Shown here one piece after another: positions 53,391-64,000 of a DNA stretch of 64,000 nt (the stretch's first letter is position 1; each line of letters begins with the position of its first letter). The stretch lies in assembly GCF_009914755.1 (NCBI RefSeq), contig NC_060925.1. The stretch is one strand, 5' to 3'. The DNA comes from the human T2T-CHM13v2.0 reference genome, Homo sapiens. The notes under the pieces are model-generated. The model saw only the letters and a list, made by a program, of their open reading frames with translations, ran no database searches and was not told the origin of the DNA. The translations under genes and the position numbers were made by a program.

Positions 53391-56313
53391 AAAACATAGA
53401 GGAATACATTATAGACAAGATAATACCTGCTCTTTGGAGCATATTAATATTTTTGCTAGCAAATCCTACTCAGGTGTGTGATTTTCTCCTCTCTCTCGTG
53501 GGTGTTCTATTACATAGTGCAAAGTTGAGCGAACCAATACAAGTTGCCTTTTATAAGTCCATTTATAAGAATTTTCTAAAAATATGATGTCGCTTTCTGT
53601 AGCTTTTAAAAATACTGTGCTAGCTTTACCTATCTAATGCTCCACCTTCTGCTTCCCACAGAAGAGCTAAGCACAGAAAGTCCTTAGTGACCTTCACTGT
53701 TTGCATCTCCCTGGCACAATCAGCTGCAATGGGAGTGGAGTGTAGTCTCCTCCATAAAACTGACTTTCCCCATTGAGGGTAAACCACCAATTAAATTGAT
53801 TTAATATCATGGAATGTAAACACAGTCAATATTTAACTGAATTTTCCACTCTTCAAGACATTAGCTAGGTATAATACCTGTTCTAATTCTCAGTAATTCC
53901 AAACTTCAGTAAATATTTATTAAATGCCTACTATGTGTCAGAAAATGTGCTAGGCCCAGGAAGAAGAAAGGAGGCAACAATCATAAAAGAAGACATAAAA
54001 ATTACTAAATCAGATGGAGTATGTGAAAAGATTCTGTAAATGAGAAAGGTATGGAAACATAAGATATTTCTGTAAAAGCTTTATTTTCTTAAGTCTGAAA
54101 AGGGATATAATGTTAGGCATATTAACATATGCTTTATTCTAGAAAAAGAAAATATTTCAAGTCTTAGGAACCAAAGGCATCTTATCAAACACTTATGACC
54201 TACCTGGAGTCTGTATTGTTTTAAATATTGTCTGGGAGAAAAAGTCATCTGGTGTATGCTACAATATTTTGTAGAATCTAATCTCTCGCCTACAGAGAGA
54301 AATGGTCTTTGAATGCAAGGGAGTCTTCAGCAGTGGCACTCAATATGACAAAGCAAATGCAAACTGGGTCTAATAGCTAAAGACTTTTTGACTTTTAAGA
54401 TGTTCAATTGAACATTTAAAAGGTTTAGTCTCATATCAGTTCTAGAAAGCCCCCCTGGGGCAGGCTTAAGTAACTATGCCATTAGGCACTCACTGCAAAT
54501 TGCCTATTAAGTCTGACTGAAACTGTAAAATTGCTTTTCACAATGCAAATTAATGTAAATAAGAACAATTGGTTACACATATCACAGGCTATCAAATTGT
54601 CGACAGATGATGCATAATTTTTTCCCCTCTCTGAATTAGCATTACTTTAAAGTTACATTTAGTAGGTCTTAACAGGCTTGGGTGTCCCCATGATAAATTT
54701 CACAAATTTATTATCAGCAGTACCTGTGTCCTCTGTATGTTATCTATATGCAATACAAACCTCTTTTTATCTATTCTCAGGGCACTTACATCCAGGTACA
54801 GTGGGTACAGCACAAAAAAAACTTAGCTTTCACTCGGGTTACAGTAGAATTATTCCATTACTATACATTTTTAAAAATATTTATCTTTTAAACAAATGTA
54901 TTATAAGAATGAAACAATTTAGAACTAGATCATAAAAATGGCATAAGTCTTCTTTAGTAATATGCACAGAGAAACCTTATTGCTGTTATATTTATGATTC
55001 TTATATTGGAAATTTGCAAGTTAACCTTTTAATCCCTTAGTTCTCACATCTGTCAGATCGAAAGTGGTAACATGTAAGCACTAGGAATGTTGATGGGGAG
55101 TGGGGGGAGATTAAATAAAATGCTGTGTGTTAATGTTTGAAGGTATTTGTTAAAAAAAACTCTCCTTTGTTTTTCAACCCTAGATTGAGGACAAATTAAA
55201 ATTTAGGCAAATAAAGGTAAAAAGATTACCTATATTTATGATAAATCTATAGTGATGACCATGGCTTGCTGATTATACTCTATCCCAGACCTAAACTGAC
55301 CCTCTGAATTGTTAACAGCATTGTACAATAGCCTACTTACTGGGACCAAAACTTCCACACCCAATTTACTACCTGGTCAAGAGCAGGGAAGAGCATACCT
55401 CTTTTGCCTGCCTCATCTCAAGGGAGTACTGACTATAGGGGTATAGCAAGAGACAAAAAAGTATTCTAATGAAGCTTTCTTCACAGGAAAGAGAAAGGAA
55501 AAGGAAGTTCCTTCAAATGATGTTTGTAAAGCACAGGGCCCAGTGTCTGGAAGGAGATTCTAAATGTACCTATTGTGGCTATAATTTATTTGTTCATTAT
55601 GATTTTTCTGACAACTCTGAGGAATAATACCAAACAGCTAAACTTGATCGCAGTGGAGTAGAGAGGTGGTAGCTGGCCTAGGTGCACACATTTCCCTGCA
55701 TTCTTAGGTCTGTTGCCTCATTAACAAACAGAATTGCCAGTGAGTCCCAAATATGGTTTCAAGCCTCCTTCCTAGGACAGAAAACTTCCACACCCAATTC
55801 ACTACCTGGCCAAGAGCAGGTAAGAGCAAGAAGTCCTTGGCACCTTAGAGACTGGTATCGGTTGTTGTCTACTTGCACCAATCTGTTCATTTCTGCTTCA
55901 CTTTGATATGAGAGGGATTTCATACCATAACTATAAAGTTCACATAGTGAGACTTGAATGATGCCACAGGAAAAAGAAATATTCTTAACCACTATACCTC
56001 ACTAAAAGAAGATAATCCATAACACTTTAGGGGTTTCATCATGTAAGTTCTCACTAAGGAATGTAGAAATACAACTTGCTACTATCATTTTGTCCTCAAC
56101 ATTTTAAAGATTCAACCAAAAAACTGATAGAAAAATATTTTAAATTTAATATTTATTACTATGATACCTGTAAACCTGTCAAAATTAACAGTTTTAAACA
56201 CCTCCTATCATGTTTTTATCATTGTGCTCAAGACAAATATGAGACAAGTCTCGACTATTCTGGAAGAGAATTTAGCAAGCAAGTAAAATAATAAAGAAAT
56301 GTAAGTGTCTGAC

Positions 56314-56623
56314 TTTTGTGTGTGTGTGACAAGGTCTTGCTCTTTTGCCCAGGATGGAGTGCAGTAAGGCTATCATAGCTCACTGCAGCCTCAAATTCAT
56401 AGGCTCAAGAGATCCTCTGGCCTTAGCCTTCCAAGTAGCTAGGGCTACAGGTGTATCACCATAACCAGCCATAACCAGCTTTTTTTTTTTTTTTTTTTTT
56501 TTTTGGAGACACGGAGTCTTGCTATGCTGCAGAGTCTGGCCTTGAACTCCTGGCCTCAAGCAACCTTCCTGCCTCAGCTTCCCAAAGTGTTGAGATTACA
56601 GGCATTAGCCACTGCATTTGGCC
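56314..56623 (-). mobile_element. AluJ, tail converted to a short (CA)n, middle linker expanded to A25
   Basis: gacaaggtcttgctc...gctcactgcagcctc...T25 (56480-56504)...ggcctcaagcaacc...ggcc; TSD tgactt. Confidence 0.9.
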
Positions 56624-57429
56624 TGACTTCTTAAAAGAAACTATAAAAAGCAGTATTTCTCCAATTATAGTAGTTACATATCTTCTCCATCATATAGTAC
56701 AAATATTCATGTGAAAACAGTCTACAAAATTTTATTTGTGAGATCATTCTAATAGTGTTTTGCAGAAATGATCAATATGTTGCTTTCAGAAAAAAATTTC
56801 ATACATAGTACCAATTAAAATTTTATGTAATTCTAAGAAAATGGTATAATTCACATGGGAAGAAGGTTGTACAAATGAGGTTTCTTTTCATTACCTCAAT
56901 CACGTTCAAACCGAAGTGGCAACTTTTAACCTTGTATAACAACACAAAGTGGTACACTCATTAACAAAAAGAGATGTCATACTGCATTCCAAAAGATATC
57001 GCATATACATCTTTCTGTAATTTCTATATTTTGTAAATCACATATCTGTAAATCACATATGAAGCATAGTTTATATTTTAATGCAGCTCTTTCAGTTACC
57101 CTCAGTTATTATTAATAATTAAGAGTAATGGCAATTAGAAAATAATTTCTTTTGGAGTAAAAATAATTATTGCTCAAGACCAAATCATAATACAGACTTC
57201 AGTTTCATGGAATCACTACTGAACATCCCAGCAAGAGCAACATTCATTCTTAAAAAAAAAAAAAAAAAAGATTGTAGGAAGACCAAGTCATATTGTTACC
57301 TTTGCAAAAGATTTAGAAAATCTAAAACTATTATAGCATTGATATTTAAATTATTATTAATTACCAGTTTTTGTTATTAATCATCTATAGTAAATGCTGT
57401 GGATACACACCAACACCTTTTAACTGCAA

Positions 57430-57760
57430 TCACCTGTTACTCTTTCTGCACAGGGGAGCCAGAAGTAGGAGTGCCATGGAATTAAATTTCCTAGGACTAT
57501 GCCTCAGGCAATTAAAGATAAGCACCGATTTTTTCTACTTTTTGAATGCAACATTGCTAAGGAGTATTCTGTATTGCTTCCTGGAGTTCTCTAGCATAAT
57601 TGAACGTAGATTGCCCACTGTAGAAACCTGCTCAATAACACACTTTATTAAATTTCTCTCCATTCTTTACTTCCTTACTTTCTTACCAGTGTTTCCTGGA
57701 CGACCCCACAAATAAACTACCTGTACTCAAACCTTTTAAAGAAACCCAGCCTTTGATAGC
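57430..57760 (+). mobile_element. ERVL LTR16C-like LTR 3' part
   Basis: gcttcctggagttctc...ttgcccactgtag...cttaccagtgtttcctgga...aaataaactacctgtactcaaa. Confidence 0.6.
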
Positions 57761-57829
57761 AACCATTATATACTTCATGATTTTATGTATGCCATCTACA
57801 AAGTAGAACTCAGTTGAAATGTTTAAAGT

Positions 57830-58005
57830 TTACTTTTTCCTTTATTAATTTAATCTTCATAATAATTCTACAATGAAAGTATTAGGCTCTTTCTTTTACA
57901 AAGAAATTGAGGTTCAGAAAGGTTAATGTCTTGCTGAAAATTCATATATTTAGTCAGTGACAGTGCTGAGAGTTGAGCCTTTTTATTTGAACTCAAGTCC
58001 ATATG
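57830..58005 (-). mobile_element. MIR
   Basis: atttaatcttcataataattct...gaaattgaggttcagaaaggttaa...tagtcagtgacagtgctgaga. Confidence 0.65.
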
Positions 58006-58990
58006 ACTAGTGTGGAGGATTTCTGTTTGAATGCGTTTGTGCAAAATCTGGTTGATCAGTTGTTAGTGATATTGAAGAAGTGTTTTGAAATATATGCACA
58101 TGTTGCCTGAGGTCACTGATAGTTTTTTTTATACCATTCAGCATCAAATTATATAAGGTATAAGACCTTGTCATGCCTATGAGATTAGGTATTCCTCTGT
58201 CATTGGAGGAAACTCTGAAAATATCTTATTTTCACTGAGGTTATCAAAGCAGCCATGTTTTCTGTAGTGAAATAGTGGAGAGTTATATAATGTACTCCCT
58301 TATCTAGCTTTAAATATATCTATGTCTTTCAGAGCATTCTGGTAAATCGCATTGCACTGAAAAGGAAAGCACAGATAAAATTGGGGATTAGTGATCTTTA
58401 CTAACCTGAAGAAAAGGCTTGAAAGCATGGAACTGGGTTGAAGGTAAAATGTATCCATTGGTAGAACACAGAAAATACTATATTTTGTCGACTTCATATT
58501 TGAGCATCATCTTTCTCTTTTGCCCCTTTGCTATTGCTTGCTGAAGAGGGTGTTCTCTAAAATCCAGAGATCCTTTTTAAGAATTTATAGCAGGGCTGCC
58601 CCCTTAATCTTTTCCTCATCTATAAATCACTGATCTTGAAGCTTTGCTTTGAAGGTTTATATGAAATGCATCCAAATACCTAGTATATACTAGGCATTCA
58701 ACAAATGGCAAAATATCATCCATATGGCAAAATAATCTCTTAAAGCAGAAATCTTTGAATGTTTTGTCCTTTCTTAACTCTGACCCTTTTGCTAGTCAGG
58801 ACTCTATTCACATTACCTAGGAAATAAGAAGGACTGATATTGGAAAAAAAAAAAAAAAGACAGAGGGAAATAAAGACAGACAGAAAAGAAGGAAGGAAGG
58901 AAAGAAGGAAGTCAATTTTTTTTTTAAATTTTCAAATAAGGCCTTGGAATCCAATAGGAATAGCCAAGTAGGAAGTCAAGAATGGAATTT

Positions 58991-59296
<306 letters not shown>

Positions 59297-60140
59297 GTTT
59301 TTGTTGTAGCAACAATAGATTAGATTGGGAATCAAACCAAATTTCCAACCACTCTTGTACTTAGTCAAAGGCCTGTCATTCTTGCTATGCTATTGTCTGA
59401 GAGTGCACCTGTCAATAGCTGTCTAGTGTTTTCTATGATCATTTAGGAGAGATGACAGTGGCTGGGCCCAAAATTTGCTGTGCCTCAACTGATGAAATAA
59501 GCCTCAGCTAAATACTGCCCAGTGTGGTGGTTCAAAACATCTCTAAGAACCCCAAAATTGAGGATGAGAGAATTGAGACTCGCAGGCAAGGGAGGGTGGG
59601 ACAGAGACAGCCCCCAAGAGCCTAGTGATTCTGCCCAGTGGTATTCTAGTTGCTGCCATTGTCACCCTTGAAACCATATTATATTTTCACTATTGTGCTT
59701 CTCAAAATAACACAGTAGTCCTTATATTGTGTTGGATTTGGCTTCCATTCCCTATTCCAGAGACAGAAGTGTATTGCTAGACTCTTCACACAAAAGCCTC
59801 CCCCTATGCCAAATAACTCATTTAAATATGCTTTTTATTTTTAAGACAAATATTTTGTGTCATATGCAAAACTGTCAGTGCTTTTAGATGTTTCTGATGG
59901 TTTTTAAGATAATTCTCATTACACATTCAATCTAATTTTGCTTTATCCTGACATTTTAATATTAAAGATATATTCTATTAGTTACTATGTTGTTTCTGGG
60001 AACAGTTTATTTTAATTCTACAAAATTTGCATTAGTCTCCTTCTATTAAGAGAGGTTTTATTCTCCCCTGATAAATTTTGCTTTATAAGAACATGAAATT
60101 TACTGATATACTAATGGCCATTTTAATCACATGTCCATCT

Positions 60141-60695
60141 TGTAGAAAGGAAAAATAATTTTCCCTCTGCCCTTCTAAGTTCTTAGTTGGGACCCATGTA
60201 ACTAAAGCTGATTAACAAGAGAAAAACGAACAAGTTTATTAACATTGTATACCTCATACATATGGGAGAAAAGTCAGGGAAAATGTACCTCTCAACGAAG
60301 TGGTTTACAACTCTTTTTTAAGCAGCATCGTCACTGAAGAACAATAAATTTGTAAAGAAATGACAGGACAAAGGGAAAAGGGCCTAGAGTCTCCAGGGGC
60401 AGAAAACTGTGGGAAGGCAAATATATGGGGAACTAAATACATTCCAGCTAGTAAAGCTTGTGACATAGGCTCCTCTGGTGCTGACTCCAGGCTGATGTCA
60501 TCTTCAGTGATCAACCTTTGTGCTTCTGGTAAGAGAGGGGAAGAGAGATGCTTTTTTAAATATTTGTCCTGCTTTTCAGGCAAATGGGGGAAGATAGAGC
60601 TCTGCTTGTATCTGCTGTTTCTCAGCTGCCTTCAGCTCAAAATAATCTTTATGCCACAGTGGCATATTTTGGAGTGGTATATTCTGCCACTTTTC
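60141..60695 (-). mobile_element. MER34-family ERV1 solo LTR
   Basis: tctgctgtttctcagctgccttcagctcaaaataatctttatgccacagtggcatattttggagtggtatattctg is the reverse complement of the MER34 5' end. Confidence 0.78.
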
Positions 60696-62571
60696 AATCT
60701 TTAAAAGAATATAGAGACCTATATTTGGTCCAAAGAGTAAAAAAATAAATTAAAAAGATTATTTTAGCAATCAAAAGTCAATATCAAAGCCTGTGGCAAT
60801 TTGCTGATAGATTATCATAGGAGTATTTTAATAATAAAAAGTAAACTCTGAAAACCAACTTATATTCATTTGACTATAAGAATAAAAAATTATACTACAT
60901 CTTTTAATATTTATTTTCTAGGAAATTTAGGAAATTCTCCACTGATGTTTTTTATTCTGAATATAAATTAAATGCTGTTCTCACTTATTATTAACTAAAT
61001 AGCAGTCTGAAGGATTTACTGTGAGCCCACATTTTATTTTTTAAGATTTGATTCATTTCTCTTTGTTGTTATAGTCTTCATGTGACTCCTCAGGTGTTGT
61101 TAAGCGCCATTACTAATGTGATCTATTTTGCTCCAGGTATTTAATTACTTTTTAAATTTAACTAATACATGTTCTTTTGTAGGAAATACAATAGTGCAAA
61201 GATAAAAATCCTAATTCACTGATAGCACTAATATCCAGAAAAAAATCATAGTAACTTATTAGCATATAAATGTAACCCACCTATGCATATGTGTCTGTAA
61301 ATGTCTGTATACGTGTGTATGTAAGTGGCAAAAGTTAGTTTAAACTGTGCATGATGTTTTCTCTCTTCTCAAAATTTCACTTTTATAACTTCCAAAGAGA
61401 GAATTAGGTAAATGTATTAATTTTCTCTAGCAATATTTGGTGCTTGTAATGATATCCTAAAAAATTTCATTTACTAATCCAACTACTATTATAAATAACA
61501 ATATATTGTGCTTTATTTGGTTTAAATATTTTCATGCAATATAAGTGATGTAACACTAATAAAGAGTTTCCAAAAAAAATATTAATTATATATTTCTAGG
61601 TATTTCATTTTATTTTCGAGGTAAAGTTATTGAGGAATTCTTTGTTTCAATGACTCATCTTCTCTTATCTGGTAGAGATTTCATTTATTTCCTCCTCCTT
61701 CTCCCACCCTTTAAAAAGATAATTTGCTTACCTACCTGCAAATTGTTCATCTTTGCTAAACTTTGAATTCTTTCCGTTTCTTTTAGTATTTGGCTACAAT
61801 CCTCCAAACTAACTTTTCCAATTTTTCTCCCTCCCACCTGACCTAAGGTCACTGACAGCTAAAACCTTAAAACCCAGATCCCCATCCAGACTCTGTTCCC
61901 TTCCAGCTTGACCTTTTCCTCAGGATCTTAAGAAGCCTTGAGAACCAAAGCTCAGTGATATGGAAGACCTCATATATGGACTGGGCCATATATGGACTGG
62001 ATTTCTCGCTAGACAAATTATTATTTGATTCACTAAGAAAGCTTGAATGAAATGCTCAGATCATCCATGTCATTATATAGGAGGTTTAAGACTGGACAAT
62101 TTCAATGAAAGCATTGACATACTATCTAGAGTACTGGAAAAAATTCAATGATCCATGCTGCATAATTGACAGATTTTCCTCCTTCAATATCTTGAAATTC
62201 ACTGGACTGGTTAACTTCAGAGTTAAGCTATTGGCTTTTCAATATAATCTCTAATATTAATGTTTCTCTTTTTCATTTTAGGTGTCCCACTTCTAAAAAT
62301 GACTGAACTCATCAAAACAAATGACTTTTTTTTCACTACCTCTCTATAAATGGTTCAACTGGTTTTGCAGGATCAAGTCCCAGAAAAGGCCTCCAGAGGC
62401 CTATTTTTTGACCTTGTTATAACCCACTCAGAAACCACTCATATATGTATATATTTGTTATATATATAAAAAATATCACCACAAAATTAATGAGCAATAT
62501 TTGCCTTAAATTAAAGAAGAGACTGTCAACTTTGAACATTACCTGACTGTATACTCCAAGAAATTAGGGAC

Positions 62572-62860
62572 TGTTGGAACCAACTCCCCCATCCCCCAAC
62601 CTTTCCATATTCCAGAAAGGCTCACCACCTAACCAGCTAACTGCAAAAGATTACATTGAACTGGAATGGTCCTGGATAAGACCCACCTTCACCCCTTCTC
62701 AATGACTCAGACAAGGCCTATCTCCATGTTTCTTCAAAATTCCTTTGTTGACTGGCCCCATAAGACCTCAGTCCTATCTTTTCCTTGTAATCTTTCTCAT
62801 TATGAAAGTTAGCCTTATTGTACCAACCTGAATAAAATCACCTCCTTAATTGCCTGGTTC
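62572..62860 (+). mobile_element. Unassigned ERV LTR-like fragment
   Basis: Starts tgttggaac, C-rich body, aataaa followed by tcacctccttaattgcctggttca; family not recognised. Confidence 0.3.
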
Positions 62861-63415
62861 ATTATATATAGCTTGTAGTCAGAAGGTCAAGATCAAAATC
62901 CAGTTCTGAATGCTATTTACATGACTCTAAAGTTGCATTGGGTAGCAGATGCAAAAATTTTCCCACAAATAAATTTTTTTTTCTAGAATTCGCTTGCTAC
63001 AATATCTCATTTATACAAATGTCCTCTTCCTTAAGTATAACATTTAATAATAATGACAAAGAAGTATACATTTGACAGGGTCCAATGTATCCCTGTCAAT
63101 TATCAGATCCTCTTCAGTAGTTTAGCCCTAAGAACTAGAAGTCACTGTTTATTAAATGTGCATTAACTTTTAAACATTTTAGAGCATTTTCTACTTTATT
63201 TTATTTTTAAAAAATAGGCATTAATATATACTTTTTATCAAATTGAAAGGACTAAGGATTATTTTTCTAGTGCCACTTCTTTTTAAAACTTGATGTTAAT
63301 ATAAACACATTCTCTCTTACAAAGAGCTAGTTCATAACAAGGCTAAGATTAACAAAGAGTCAGTTGGCTCTAAGATTCATTAGGGGAAAAGACTGAGTTA
63401 CTTTCAGTATATCAC

Positions 63416-64000
63416 TGGAACCACATTTGCAAAGATTATGACAACAGCAAGAGAAATCTAACATGGCTGACTCTGTCTTGCTTCTAACCTCACATTCTGG
63501 CTATCTTCACTCATTCCTGGGTGCAGGCAAAGCTGACTATGGAAGGAATTTAGTTGACAGTTTAACTTGGAAACAAGGAGGATACTAGGCCCTCTCCAAA
63601 ACTAAATCCCTCCTTGCTCAGGGACCAAAAACTAATGAAAGGCCATGAGATGAGGGTTATGGGAGGGGCCTGAATTCTGCTAAAATGCAGGTGTAGTTTC
63701 TATAATCCCTTACAGCTCAGGAGTCATGTGACCAGAAATCACAAGATTTGTGACTTCCCAATTGATCCGATAGACAATATCACTATTGTAGAACCCAAGA
63801 TTGGTCTTCTGAGATTTTTTTTAGAATTTTGCATTCTGTCGACCTACTGACTTCACCCGGACCCATGACTCATGACTCAGCAGGTCCTGTAGTTGCCCAG
63901 CCAGTGGCAGACTCAGCACATGTGTACCATTTTCCTCACCCCTATGATTTCATCCTCAACCAAGCAAGAGTACCCATTCGCTAGGCCTCTGCCTATCAGA
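63416..64000 (+). mobile_element. LTR8-family (LTR8A/B) ERV1 LTR, runs off the window end
   Basis: tttgcaaagattatgaca...aaatctaacatggctgactc...ggaatttagttgacagtttaac...gggaggggcctgaattctgctaaaatg. Confidence 0.82.

Overview
AT-rich, CpG-poor primate genomic DNA (most likely human or another ape, judged from AluJ/AluS/AluY content). It reads as intergenic or deep-intronic. I see no protein-coding gene, CpG island, tRNA/rRNA/snRNA gene, processed pseudogene or NUMT. Nearly all listed ORFs are Alu/L1/LTR read-throughs or low-complexity artefacts. A large share of the window is decayed transposable elements: about 19 Alu copies or fragments, several L1 blocks, L2/MIR relics, MaLR/ERVL/ERV1 solo LTRs (MLT1, MSTA, MLT2A, MLT2, LTR16, LTR37, MER34, LTR8) and DNA transposon relics (HSMAR2, MER85, Tigger3a, MER1B, MER53, MER5). 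Family names come from recall of consensus motifs, not a database search, and boundaries of old elements are approximate. I found no convincing new biological system. The observations most worth checking are: (1) several perfect short hairpins or palindromes outside MITEs (16-bp stem at 11803-11839, 12-bp stem at 9890-9920, 11-bp stem at 6066-6094, an 18-bp double AP-1/ARE palindrome at 44851-44868); (2) two spaced ~48-bp local duplications, one differing at a splice-donor GT; (3) a MER85 keeping the palindrome bound by CSB-PGBD3; (4) a target site reused by two Alus; (5) a three-level transposon nest; (6) an almost tailless AluY with asymmetric CpG decay; (7) a few candidate non-coding exons.
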